Counted from the stretch's first letter, positions 1 through 9,745 are shown. The stretch: DNA of 64,000 nt from Terracidiphilus sp. (GCA_049520675.1 JBEKPO010000002.1:23116-87115); one strand, 5' to 3'. Made by a program: numbers and translations. Notes: generated by a model from the sequence alone, not told the origin.

Positions 1-837
1 TTACTGCGGCAGTTCTTTCCGGCGAAAACTGCCGTGCTCGTGCGGCAGAACGGAACCGTTTCGTGGGCTTTGGGCGCGGGCGGCGTGCCGCGTTACACGC
101 GGCTGCTTTATCGCATCCTCTACCGGCGCGCTGACCGGATCATTTGCCAGTCGCGATCCATGGCGCAGGATTTGATGCGAGAGCTCCGGATCGGTCCGGA
201 AAGACTCGTCGTATTGCCCAATCCCGTGAATCTGGATGCAATTCGCGCAACGCAAAATGGGGAGAGTTTGTGGGCCGGACCGGGACCGCACCTGCTAGCC
301 GTGGGAAGGCTATCGAAGGAAAAGGGCTTCGATCTGTTGCTCGAAGCGCTGACTCAAGTACGCATGGAATTTCCTTGTTCGGACCTGGTCATTGCAGGCG
401 GCGGCCGCGAAGAGGCGGAGTTGAAAGGCTTACGCGCGCGCCTTGGCCTGGAAAGTGCCGTGCGGTTTCTGGGGAGGATCGATCGACCTTATACCTATTT
501 CCCGGGCTGCACGTTGTTTGTTTTGTCGTCGCGCTATGACGGCATGCCAAACGCCTTGTTGGAAGCCGCAGCAGCTGGTCTGCCCCTGGTTGCCATGCCC
601 GCATCGGGCGGGGTCGTCGATCTGCTGCGCGGCCGGCAAGGCGCATGGACGGCACGCGAAATCTCGTCGCGAAGTCTTGCCGAAGCGCTGACTGCGGCGC
701 TGCACGCGTTGCGCCCCGGGCAGAGGTTCGATCACGCATTTTTTCTTCCCGGTACGATTGTGGCGCGCGAGAATCAGACGCTGTGGTCTAGATCACGCGT
801 GGCAACTTTGCGCTCGGAGCAGCGAGAAGCAAATTAA
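1..837 (+). CDS. Glycosyltransferase family 4 (5' partial)
   Basis: Frame open from base 1; GT-B motifs VGRLSKEKGFDLL and SSRYDGMPNALLEA. Confidence 0.9.
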   Translation, partial: LLRQFFPAKTAVLVRQNGTVSWALGAGGVPRYTRLLYRILYRRADRIICQSRSMAQDLMRELRIGPERLVVLPNPVNLDAIRATQNGESLWAGPGPHLLAVGRLSKEKGFDLLLEALTQVRMEFPCSDLVIAGGGREEAELKGLRARLGLESAVRFLGRIDRPYTYFPGCTLFVLSSRYDGMPNALLEAAAAGLPLVAMPASGGVVDLLRGRQGAWTAREISSRSLAEALTAALHALRPGQRFDHAFFLPGTIVARENQTLWSRSRVATLRSEQREAN

Positions 838-1123
838 GATTCATTCTCGCTAAGTGAGATTTCAGTCTTGACAATCGTTCAGGAAAGATGTCTGCTTGCA
901 GTACACATTCTCCTTCCAGCTTTGGAGCCACTTCTTCAGAAGCGCTCTGCGTTGTAGACGGGAACACGCTCAGACGAATACTTTCCGGCATGCCAGCCAG
1001 CTGTGTTTTTGGCTTACATAAGATAGAGCATCGTCCCGCCGTCGAGCTGATTCGCCAAGAACAAGTTTGATCGAACCATAGTTCTGCCTGCGCTTTGCCT
1101 TGCGGCGGCTGCCACCGTAGCCG

Positions 1124-1489
1124 ATGCTTGAGATGCGCTGCTACCCCCAGCCATTTGCTTACACAAATTGTCGCGGATGCGGAATCGATTCCGCACGGCG
1201 GCCACTCTTTCATTGCATCAACTCAGCAGTTGGAGTTGGCTTGTTTGCTATTTGCTTTGGTTTTCCGCTTGCGGGACTGCTGGCCAATCTCGCTCCTCCG
1301 GCTGTTGCCGGAACCCAGCCTACCGTGAGATGGATCTCGACCGCCGCGGATTTTCACCGCGTGCGCAGAGATATGCATGCACCTGAATCTGCAATTGAGA
1401 AGCAGTGGGCCGCGAACGAATTCGCGTTCGGGCGCGCCATTGAGGCCTATGAAGAGCTGATCGATAGCGTCTTGGGGAGATTGAGATGA
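1124..1489 (+). CDS. Hypothetical protein; C-terminus resembles a GT4 terminal helix (possible detached remnant)
   Basis: 121-aa ORF ending FAFGRAIEAYEELIDSVL; ATGA overlap with the next GT4. Confidence 0.4.
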   Translation: MLEMRCYPQPFAYTNCRGCGIDSARRPLFHCINSAVGVGLFAICFGFPLAGLLANLAPPAVAGTQPTVRWISTAADFHRVRRDMHAPESAIEKQWAANEFAFGRAIEAYEELIDSVLGRLR

Positions 1490-2658
1490 GCCATGCAGCA
1501 GTCATGATTCCCAGCCTGGACCGGATTGCGGGTGCGGAGCGGCAGGCGATGCAGTTAGCCAAGGGGCTTTGCCACCGGGGCTGGCGCGTAACCGTGGTAG
1601 CGCTCTCTGGCGAAGGCAAAGCGGCGCGCGATGAATTGCACGCTGGCGGCGTCGAGTTTGTGACCCTGGGGATGCGCAAGGGTCTTGCCGACTTACGCGG
1701 GTGGATCCGCTTGAGTCGCTGGCTGTGGCGGGAGCATCCCGACGTGGTGCATGCGCATTTGCCGCAAGCCGCCTGGCTTGCGCGGTGGTCGCGCGCGCTG
1801 GCGCCGATGCGCGTCCTGGTCGACACCGTGCACACCTCGTTTACTGGCAAGGCTGGACGCCGACTGGGTTACGCTCTCAGCCGCTGGTGGCCCGATCGCG
1901 TCACCGCAGTGAGCCGGGCGGCGGCGCATGCGCACATCGGGAAAGGGATGGTGAGCGAGAAAAATCTGACCGTGCTGCCCAACGGAATTGACATCGACGA
2001 GTGGCGTCCGGATGCGGAAGTGCGGGCTGAAGTACGGCATGCGATGGGGCTCACCGACGACTTTCTCTGGCTGGCAGTCGGCAGGCTGGAAGCGGTCAAG
2101 GATTATCCGACGCTTTTGAAGGCACTGACCTTTGTGCCGCAGCTGGGGCGGTTGGTGATCCTCGGCGAAGGGCCGCTACGCGGAGAACTGACGCAATTGG
2201 CAGCGCAGCTGGGCCTGGAACACCGAGTGCATTTCATCGGCTTTCAGAAAGACGTGCGGCGCTGGATGCAGGCCGCGGATGGATTGGTTCTGGCATCACG
2301 CTACGAAGGGCTGCCGATGGTGTTGCTCGAGGCTGGGGCATGCGGACTGCCTTGCGTCGCCACGGCCGTCGCCGGAACGCGTGAAGTTGTCATCAATGGC
2401 GAAACCGGGTGGCTGGCGTGCGCCGAGGGCGTCGACGCCTTGGCCGCAGTGGTGTCGAGAATGATGCGAATGCCGCTCGCCGAGCGGTACGCGATGGGGC
2501 AGAGGGCGCGGCATTCGGTCATTGAGCGATTCAGTATGGAGAGTGTGCTGGATAGGTGGGAGAGGCTTTACGCAGAGCTGCTTGAGCCGCGGCCAACTCG
2601 TGGCAAGCGGGTGCGTGCTCGCGAAGCTTTGACGCGCCAGAGCGCGACGGAGGCATAG
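1486..2658 (+). CDS. Glycosyltransferase family 4
   Basis: GAERQ N-terminal motif, VGRLEAVKDY, SRYEGLPMVLLEA. Confidence 0.92.
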   Translation: MSHAAVMIPSLDRIAGAERQAMQLAKGLCHRGWRVTVVALSGEGKAARDELHAGGVEFVTLGMRKGLADLRGWIRLSRWLWREHPDVVHAHLPQAAWLARWSRALAPMRVLVDTVHTSFTGKAGRRLGYALSRWWPDRVTAVSRAAAHAHIGKGMVSEKNLTVLPNGIDIDEWRPDAEVRAEVRHAMGLTDDFLWLAVGRLEAVKDYPTLLKALTFVPQLGRLVILGEGPLRGELTQLAAQLGLEHRVHFIGFQKDVRRWMQAADGLVLASRYEGLPMVLLEAGACGLPCVATAVAGTREVVINGETGWLACAEGVDALAAVVSRMMRMPLAERYAMGQRARHSVIERFSMESVLDRWERLYAELLEPRPTRGKRVRAREALTRQSATEA

Positions 2659-3353
2659 ACGCGCTCCGCGGGAGTCAGGGTCACAGGTGGAAATTCGGCA
2701 AGGAGGCGATCAACCGAGGAGAATTGCCCGGCGTGAAGGCCAAGGAAGACACGGAGATTCTCGATCTCTTCATCGCTTGATGTATTCGGGTGGATGCAGA
2801 TGGTCCAGAGGCCGTTCGGCTTTTCGACGGGGCCCCAGAGTTGCTGCGGAATCCAGGTGATGCCGCCGCGCGAAAAGGCCATGCGCGCGAATCCGTCAGA
2901 TAAGAGGCAGACTCCCTCCGCACGAAGAGCTTCGAGTGTAGCGGTGTCGAAGCCATGGCGCGGGGCGACGAAGATGCGCGGGTGAAGGTCATGGTTGCGC
3001 AGGATGCGGAGCCCTTCGCTGATCCATGCGCGCTGCGTTTCCGCAGCAACACCGGCAAATTCCGAGGAGGAATGAAGGCCAAGCAAGCTGCGGCCGCTGC
3101 TTATGCAAAGGTGCGTGTAGCCGTGCAAGGCGATGGTGGCGCCAGCGGATTCCAGATCTCGCATTTTGTCCCAGAAAGCAGGATCGGAGGGCGAGATGCA
3201 AAGGCCGGGATCGCGATTCTGGGGAACGATGGCAAGAATCGGCTGCATTCCGAACTCGGCGATTAGGTCGCAATAGCGCCGCCAGCTCTCGCGCCGCACC
3301 GTCGGGCAAAGGTCGTCGAAACGGAACAGGTATCGGGCTCGAGAAAAGATCAT
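2568..3353 (-). CDS. DUF2334/NodB-like polysaccharide deacetylase family protein
   Basis: RFDD, ALHGYTH, SEFAG and FVAPRH motifs. Confidence 0.8.
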   Translation of the reverse strand: MIFSRARYLFRFDDLCPTVRRESWRRYCDLIAEFGMQPILAIVPQNRDPGLCISPSDPAFWDKMRDLESAGATIALHGYTHLCISSGRSLLGLHSSSEFAGVAAETQRAWISEGLRILRNHDLHPRIFVAPRHGFDTATLEALRAEGVCLLSDGFARMAFSRGGITWIPQQLWGPVEKPNGLWTICIHPNTSSDEEIENLRVFLGLHAGQFSSVDRLLAEFPPVTLTPAERVYASVALWRVKASRARTRLPRVGRGSSSSA

Positions 3354-4729
3354 GCAATCACTCCTTGGGCAGACGCTCGATCAAGCAGCCTTTTGCTCCA
3401 GAACCACAGATAGAACAGCGTGCTGATGGTCCAAAGCGAGGTGGCAAGTGCGATTCCCGCAATACCGAGCCAGCGCATCAGCAGGAGATTCAAGACGATA
3501 TCGAGGGCCAGGTTGATCACGCCGCAATAAAGCACGAGATCGGTGCGGCGCATGGCAACGAGAAAACGGTAATAGACTCGGCTGGTGGCATAAAAAGGGA
3601 TCTGAATCGCGTACATGGCGAGCACCGCCGCGACCACTGACGTATCCCCGGCGCCGAACTGGCCGTGCTGAAGGGCGATGCGGATGAGAGGGCGAGCGCC
3701 AGCGATGAGGAAAACGGCCACGGGGAGCGAAGCGAGCGCCGTGATCGCGAACCAGGTGCGCAGTGTGTGCCGGCAGCCGGCCCAGTCGCCTTGCGCAACC
3801 ATGCGCGAGAGATAGGGCACAATGGCTGTGGACACGGCGCCGGCGAGCAACGTGATGACAACGCTGACAAAGCGATTGGCATAGACGAGCGCTGAGACGC
3901 TGCCGGCAGGAAGCATAGCGGCCATCGATTGGTCGACGAGAAGTCCTCCTGAAGCGACGACGGAGCTGAGTAGAACTGGCCCGTATTGGCCGGCGACCTC
4001 GCGGGTAGCGGCGTCTGCGCCGTGCCAGCGGAGACGAAAGCGATAGCCGCGCGCGTGCATCATGCCGGCAACAATGAGCGCATGGAGCAGCGTGCCGGCA
4101 AGTGTTGCGTAGACCATTGCCCAGATGCCCAGGCGCTCTCCAAAGAACAAAGCTCCAGCGACGACGGCCACGGAAATGACCGCAGGCGCGAGAGCGGGGA
4201 GAGCGAAGCGGTCGAGCGTGTTGAGAACTGCGGTGCAGTTGGTGGCGATGCCGGTCAAAAGCACGATGGGTAAAACGACGTAGAAGAGGCGGATGGCGAG
4301 CGCCAGTTTGGCGGGCGCAAAGTGCGAGGCGATGAGCGGGAAAAGGCCGTGGGCGGCGAGCGCCATCGCGAGCGACGCCAGGCCGAGCAACAGGCAGACC
4401 GAAAGCATGGCACTGGAAAGCAGCTTCTCGGCGCGATCGTGGCCCTCCTGTTCCCTCACCCGCACCAGCGTGGGCACCAGAGCCTGATTCATCGACTCGG
4501 AAATCAGGTTCACGAGCAGGCTGGGAATGAGCGCCGCGGCGAGAAAGGCGTCCATAGCGTCAGAACGGCCGTAGACCGAGGCGACCGCGATTTCCTTGCC
4601 GGTGGCGATCAGTTTGACCAGCAAGCCGGCAGCGCCGACCGAAACAGCGGCGCGGAAAATGCTGCGGTTGACGGTCGAGATCCTAGCTGGCGCGGCAACT
4701 ACTCTTCTTATTTGAGAAAGCGTCGACAT
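3350..4729 (-). CDS. MurJ/MviN-like lipid-linked oligosaccharide flippase
   Basis: Polytopic membrane protein with YGRSDAMDAF, GSVSALVYANR and HGQFGAGD; ATG 4729 preferred over ORF start 4774. Confidence 0.85.
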   Translation of the reverse strand: MSTLSQIRRVVAAPARISTVNRSIFRAAVSVGAAGLLVKLIATGKEIAVASVYGRSDAMDAFLAAALIPSLLVNLISESMNQALVPTLVRVREQEGHDRAEKLLSSAMLSVCLLLGLASLAMALAAHGLFPLIASHFAPAKLALAIRLFYVVLPIVLLTGIATNCTAVLNTLDRFALPALAPAVISVAVVAGALFFGERLGIWAMVYATLAGTLLHALIVAGMMHARGYRFRLRWHGADAATREVAGQYGPVLLSSVVASGGLLVDQSMAAMLPAGSVSALVYANRFVSVVITLLAGAVSTAIVPYLSRMVAQGDWAGCRHTLRTWFAITALASLPVAVFLIAGARPLIRIALQHGQFGAGDTSVVAAVLAMYAIQIPFYATSRVYYRFLVAMRRTDLVLYCGVINLALDIVLNLLLMRWLGIAGIALATSLWTISTLFYLWFWSKRLLDRASAQGVIA

Positions 4730-4864
4730 TTGGCGAGACGTCAACGCCAGATCAGGGAGAAAAACTACAAACAATCGGTGTACACACCTACGACAACAGG
4801 TCCCGACAGCACGGTTTCATTCTCATCTACGTCGACTCTGACACCGATGAGCAGCGTGCTTGCC

Positions 4865-5380
4865 TTAGTCCCAGGGCTTGTTGATTTCTACGACAAGATG
4901 CGGATTAGCCACATTCAGAGGGGTACCGTCTGCAACAAACAAAACCTCAAGGACATATTTATGTCCGGCTTGGCCCTTAAAGTGACCAAGACACCTTTCT
5001 AGAGTGTGGTTGCTCGAAGCTCCTCCTCCATTCTCGATGACTTCTCCTGCGGCAACACTTTGACCTTTATCGAAAACCCACCAGTCGGCTTTGAGTAATG
5101 ATTCGCGGTTACACCTCTGTCCGAAATCCACTCCCATCATGCATTCCATATCGGCGAACGGGAGGGGTCCTCTCTGCACGCGAATGAGAATCGAGTAATA
5201 TTCACTGCCCTTCGATCCGAACTCTTCCGTCGTTACCTTGCCCTTGGCAAGCGAGACAGGGATATCAACCACAGGCTTTCGGAATAAAGTGAGGCCCACG
5301 AGGGCTCCAGGGACTAGGAGGAAAGCTCCGAATATCCAGCCGAAAGCCGCAACAAAATTGGGGCGAGAGGGCTTCCACAT
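4865..5380 (-). CDS. Hypothetical membrane-anchored protein (lower GC)
   Basis: 171-aa ORF with an N-terminal TM and a strong AGGAGG RBS; directly downstream of higA. Confidence 0.65.
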   Translation of the reverse strand: MWKPSRPNFVAAFGWIFGAFLLVPGALVGLTLFRKPVVDIPVSLAKGKVTTEEFGSKGSEYYSILIRVQRGPLPFADMECMMGVDFGQRCNRESLLKADWWVFDKGQSVAAGEVIENGGGASSNHTLERCLGHFKGQAGHKYVLEVLFVADGTPLNVANPHLVVEINKPWD

Positions 5381-5408
5381 CTTCCTCCTCCTTTGAAACA
5401 GCCACGCC

Positions 5409-5684
5409 TCACGCCGCGAGCCGCTTGATCTTTGGCCGCTTCTTCTGCAATTCGACCCAGAAATCGTATTGAAGCTGCGCCTTCGAAAAGAAGTCAGGCG
5501 AAAGCCCTAGGGCCTGGCCGAGGCGGATGCTGAGATCGACGGTAACTGCGGTTCGGCCGTTGAGCACGCGCGAAACAGTTGCGCGCGCCACGCCGATTTG
5601 GCGGGCAAGCTCGGTTGCGGTCGTCTTGCCGAGAAATTCCCTCAGCAGCTCGCCTGGGCTTGCCGGGTTGTACATCATCGCCAT
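5409..5684 (-). CDS. higA: HigA family antitoxin (XRE HTH)
   Basis: MYNPASPGELLRE, ELARQIGVARATVSRVLNG, QLQYD. Confidence 0.9.
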   Translation of the reverse strand: MAMMYNPASPGELLREFLGKTTATELARQIGVARATVSRVLNGRTAVTVDLSIRLGQALGLSPDFFSKAQLQYDFWVELQKKRPKIKRLAA

Positions 5685-5696
5685 GCTTGTCGCCTC

Positions 5697-5975
5697 CTAG
5701 TGATAGTCCTGATAGTCCACGAGGATCGCATCCTCACCTTCGAAGCTGAACGTCAGCCGCCAGTTCTTGTTCACGGTCACCGACCAGTGCCCCTCCAGAT
5801 TCCCCTTTAGCGGATGCCAGTCCCATCCCGGCCGGTTCATGTCGGAAGGCGCCGACGCCAGGTTCAAAGTCGTGAGCAGAATGCGCAGCCGCGTTTCATG
5901 CGGCGGCTGGATACCCGCCTTCGATCCGGTTTTGAAAAACCTTTCCAGCCCTCGATGCCGAAATGTTCGGATCAA
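5697..5975 (-). CDS. higB: HigB/RelE family toxin (plasmid killer type)
   Basis: MIRTFRHRGLERFF, HPLKG, WSVTVNKNWRLTF, DYQDYH. Confidence 0.92.
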   Translation of the reverse strand: MIRTFRHRGLERFFKTGSKAGIQPPHETRLRILLTTLNLASAPSDMNRPGWDWHPLKGNLEGHWSVTVNKNWRLTFSFEGEDAILVDYQDYH

Positions 5976-6003
5976 CCTTTATAATGTAACATCATGTGCT
6001 ACA
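5976..6003 (-). promoter_or_regulatory. Putative higBA promoter/HigA operator
   Basis: Imperfect inverted repeat TGTAACA-N5-TGCTACA (5985-6003) plus an AT-rich -10-like hexamer immediately before the TTG start. Confidence 0.55.
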
Positions 6004-7217
6004 CCTCCGCAAGATTGAGAAGCGTCGCCAATCGCGGGTGCGGGCGTTGAAAAACGGCCGCATAGCGGCTCTCGATCTTCGTCAGCCAGTCTCCCGGCAA
6101 CGGCGATCGTGGCAAGCAGCAGCCAGGTGGTGCGATTTTCCTCCACCGTAGCGACAAATGTGGTGACTGCCCAGACAAGCAGCGCCGTCAGGAGAGCCAC
6201 CCGCAGCGGACCTTGGCCGCGGATTGCCGAGAAGGCGGCCAGTGCGGCCAGGAGCGAGAAGAGTGTCAGCGCAACAAGCCCTCCACTGACAACCAGAGAA
6301 AGCGCCGTGTTGTGCGCGGTATCGATCGGCGCCAGATCTGCGGCGGTGACGAACGCACCCACGCCAGAACCGAAAAGTGGTGCGTGAGTAAACGCGCGCC
6401 ATCCCGCCGACCAGATGTTGAGGCGCTGATTCAGATCGCCGCTGCGCAATTGCTCCGGGATAGTGCCCAGGCGATCGAGCGTTCCCGCGGGAATCGCGAA
6501 CCAGAGACCGGCGGCCACGGGAGGAAGCGCGAAGACGGCTGCGAGCACACGGCGCGGATGGTGGTGCGCCAGAATCACGCCTGAGCCGGCAAGTGCAATC
6601 AGAGCCGCCAGAAATCCTTCGCGCGAGGCCGTGAGCAGAACCGCGATCAGGCCTATCGGCAGGTATCCCAGGCCGAGAAGGCGCACCGGCCAGCGGCGGT
6701 CGCACTCGAACAGGAGCGCGGCCAGCGGGAAAGCCAGATCAAGAAAGCGGGCCATGTCGTTGGGATCCTGGCCATAGGCGGCAAAACGAATCTGGCCGGC
6801 GGCAAGGGCCTCAGGCGAGCGAAAGGCGGCAAGCGTAAGAATGGCAAGCACCCAGGAGCCGGCAACCGTGCCGCGGAGCAGATTGCGCAGTTCGGCAGGA
6901 GTGTCGACGAACTCCCAGGCCAGCCAAACCACCATCATCTCCTGAAAGTACGCACGGATCCTGATCAGAGTCGCGCCGGGATCGACGGTCCAAAAGTAGG
7001 AACAGCAGAACCACAGAAAGAGCGCCAGAGTAAGAACCTGCAAGGCACCCGGCGTACGCAAGCGGCCGGCCTGGAAAACGGCAGGGAGGGCAGCGAGTAA
7101 AAGCAGCAGACCAGCGATGCGGGCCATGTTGCCCAGCGGTTCGCCCAAGTCGAGAGAGTATTCCCAAGGCACGGTGAAGGCGAAAACCAGGAGGAGAAAC
7201 CGCGCGGTCTGTCGCAT
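5979..7217 (-). CDS. O-antigen ligase/Wzy polymerase family protein
   Basis: Multi-TM protein with DPNDMA, LTASREG, RLNIWSAG, PLFGSG and AHNT motifs. Confidence 0.88.
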   Translation of the reverse strand: MRQTARFLLLVFAFTVPWEYSLDLGEPLGNMARIAGLLLLLAALPAVFQAGRLRTPGALQVLTLALFLWFCCSYFWTVDPGATLIRIRAYFQEMMVVWLAWEFVDTPAELRNLLRGTVAGSWVLAILTLAAFRSPEALAAGQIRFAAYGQDPNDMARFLDLAFPLAALLFECDRRWPVRLLGLGYLPIGLIAVLLTASREGFLAALIALAGSGVILAHHHPRRVLAAVFALPPVAAGLWFAIPAGTLDRLGTIPEQLRSGDLNQRLNIWSAGWRAFTHAPLFGSGVGAFVTAADLAPIDTAHNTALSLVVSGGLVALTLFSLLAALAAFSAIRGQGPLRVALLTALLVWAVTTFVATVEENRTTWLLLATIAVAGRLADEDREPLCGRFSTPAPAIGDASQSCGGVAHDVTL

Positions 7218-7219
7218 GG

Positions 7220-9745
7220 TTAATACCTTTGCGAGTAGACCAGCGCGGAGTAAATGGCGACGCCGATGGTGGATTGAATGGCAGACTCCATGGTGCGGTT
7301 GGCGAGGCTCCTGGCCACGGAATCGGGGACGTAGAGGATGTCGCGATCCTGCACCGGCTGGTCGGGGTCCTGGCCGCGCAGCATGCGCTTAAGGTTGAGA
7401 GAAATCATGGTGCGGCCGCCCAGTTGCTCTCGAATAAGAATGGCTCTGGCACTCGCGTTTTGCGTCGCGCCCCAGGCCAGCGACAGCGCCTGTACCACCG
7501 TGAGTCCCTGCACTGGATCGACCCCAAATCCGCCGGGGCGGATCACGTCGCCGACGACATAAACCAGTCCGGCGCGACTCACCTGCACGGTGTCGCCGGG
7601 CGTGAGCTCTGGGTTGTGGTCCGAGGTTGAATCGGTTCCGCTCGGGTCGAGCACGACGGCGTGCGGGGTCTTCGAGTCGCCTTGATGGAAGACGTTCACC
7701 AAGCGGCCCGCATTGGGCGAGAGGCCGGAAGCGGCGGAAATCAGGTCGAGCAAACGGTGGTGATAGGTGTAGGGGTAGACACCGGGGCGAGCCACTTCGC
7801 CAAGAACACTCACATCCTGGCCAGCATAGGACGTTACCAGCACCGTCACGAGAGGATGCAAAAGCATTCCCTTGCCAAACAGCGCCGCGCCGATGGCGCG
7901 AGCCGCTGCCTGCTCGTCCATGCCCGAGACTTGTACCTCGCCAATCATGGGCAGCGTGATCGAACCCTGGGAGGAGACGCGCAGCGACGAGTGAAATTCC
8001 GGCGTGTGGTACTCGCTCACATCGAGGACATCGCCAGGCGCGATACCACTCGGCATGGGGCCCGAGGCCTGCGGCATGACCGTCGAAGATGCCCCAGCTA
8101 TTCCGGAATTACCGTTGTTCCAGATCGGCGGAGCCTCCTTGGGATTGGGCGCGCTCCTGTTATCTTCAGCCTGCGGAATCCTGACCACTCCGCTGGGCAA
8201 ACCTGAGGTGTTCGGCGTGGGAGGCTGCGCGCGGAGAAACCCGCCGATACTGAGCAAAGCAATCAGTACGACCGTAGAACGAATCGCGGAAGAAGCCAGC
8301 GATTCGCGCAAGAGAGCGGCTCCGACCGCAATCCAAAGACCGGCGAAGAGAGTGATTGCGAGATAAAGCGGGAGATCGGGCGCGACGGGCTTCGCCGGCT
8401 GGCGAGCGTAGTCGACAACCGAAATGTTGGAACTGTGTACGCCTGCGGCGAGCCCGGCTTCTTCGGCTTTCTCTTCCACGCGCACGTAGAGGTCGTGGCT
8501 GGCGTTGGCCTCCTGGCGCATTACGGCATACTGCGTCGTAGCCTCGTTCAGCTTCATGCTTTCACCGGTAATCTGCTCCAGGCTTTTGTGGACGAGCTGC
8601 TCGCGATCGAGAGCGGTCTGCCAGTTGCTGCGAAAACGGTCGACGAGTTTTGCATCCTCGGTCGCTTTTTGCTTGTCGAGATCCTGCAGCTGGCGGCCGA
8701 TTTCTACCACGCGCGGAAAGCTGGGCCCGTGCTCCGCGCTCAATTGAGCTTGTTCCTGCTCCAGATCGCTGCGGCGAGCATGAATCTGTTGCAAGACGGC
8801 AGTGGCAAAGTTGTTGCCTTCAGCCTGCAGGTGGGGGTCGGCGGCGATCACCATCTCCGGGTCGTCTTGCGATGCGGCGCGATACTCGGCCTCGCTCAGG
8901 ATGCGGTCGGTGGTGGCAGCCACAAGTTGGCGGCTGAGCTCATCGATCTCAACCAGCGCAGAACTGTGCTCGGTTTCGCCCGGCTGGCCGTTCGCCATCA
9001 CCTCAGGCGTGCTGACGATGCCGTGGCGGCTTTCGAAGTCGGCCAACCGCTGCTGGTCGCTGTCGACGCGCGCCTTCAAATCGCTGAGCTGTGTGCTCAA
9101 CCAGCGCGAAGCCTCTTGAGTCGCATCGACCTGCGATTCGGCCTCCTGGTCGGTGTAAGCGCGAATCAGCGCGTTGACCACCGAGGCTGAAAGAACGGCG
9201 TCGTGCGAGCGGAAACGAATCTCGACCAGAAGAGTACGAGGCACGGTCTGCACTTTCAAACGCCGCGAAAAGCGCTCGATGAGCCAAGCTTCGGCGTCGG
9301 GCGCAGGCGCGTCGGCGCGGAAGCCCGGGAACCGGCGGGCAAAGCTGCCGCAGAAGCCGCGCGCGTGGTAGAGCTTGAGCACGCTAATGACGCGCCACGC
9401 AAGTTGGTCACTGCGCAAAACACCGGCCAGAGTCTCCAAAGTGAGAGGCGCAGAAAGAATGGAGGCTGAGATGATCGGCTCATTGGCCTCGAGATTGAGC
9501 GAAGACGCAGGCGAAGTGCGCAGCTCGACACGCGCAGCCGCCTCGTATTGATTAGGCGCGATGAGGCAGTAGAGAATGCAGGCCAGAAGAAGAGAACCTT
9601 CAATGAGGGCGATGAGGCGCCGCCGGCGCCAGAGTGTGCGCCCGAGATCGCGGAGCGAGGTGCTGCCCTTCGGGCCAGAGCCGGCCGCATCGTCCGGCCT
9701 GAGCTCGCCGCGAGATACCTCACGAATGGAGAGAGTCGCCGCCAA
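7220..9745 (-). CDS. Fusion: GumC/Wzc-type chain-length determinant + Wza-like polysaccharide export (Poly_export/SLBB) domain
   Basis: N-part: Wzz-type TM, coiled coils, HGPSFPRV, PAKPVAP+TM. C-part: IAPGDVLDV, GSITLPMIG, VLGEVARPG, two SLBB repeats. Start uncertain (TTG 9745; ORF open to 9877). Confidence 0.85.
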   Translation of the reverse strand: MAATLSIREVSRGELRPDDAAGSGPKGSTSLRDLGRTLWRRRRLIALIEGSLLLACILYCLIAPNQYEAAARVELRTSPASSLNLEANEPIISASILSAPLTLETLAGVLRSDQLAWRVISVLKLYHARGFCGSFARRFPGFRADAPAPDAEAWLIERFSRRLKVQTVPRTLLVEIRFRSHDAVLSASVVNALIRAYTDQEAESQVDATQEASRWLSTQLSDLKARVDSDQQRLADFESRHGIVSTPEVMANGQPGETEHSSALVEIDELSRQLVAATTDRILSEAEYRAASQDDPEMVIAADPHLQAEGNNFATAVLQQIHARRSDLEQEQAQLSAEHGPSFPRVVEIGRQLQDLDKQKATEDAKLVDRFRSNWQTALDREQLVHKSLEQITGESMKLNEATTQYAVMRQEANASHDLYVRVEEKAEEAGLAAGVHSSNISVVDYARQPAKPVAPDLPLYLAITLFAGLWIAVGAALLRESLASSAIRSTVVLIALLSIGGFLRAQPPTPNTSGLPSGVVRIPQAEDNRSAPNPKEAPPIWNNGNSGIAGASSTVMPQASGPMPSGIAPGDVLDVSEYHTPEFHSSLRVSSQGSITLPMIGEVQVSGMDEQAAARAIGAALFGKGMLLHPLVTVLVTSYAGQDVSVLGEVARPGVYPYTYHHRLLDLISAASGLSPNAGRLVNVFHQGDSKTPHAVVLDPSGTDSTSDHNPELTPGDTVQVSRAGLVYVVGDVIRPGGFGVDPVQGLTVVQALSLAWGATQNASARAILIREQLGGRTMISLNLKRMLRGQDPDQPVQDRDILYVPDSVARSLANRTMESAIQSTIGVAIYSALVYSQRY

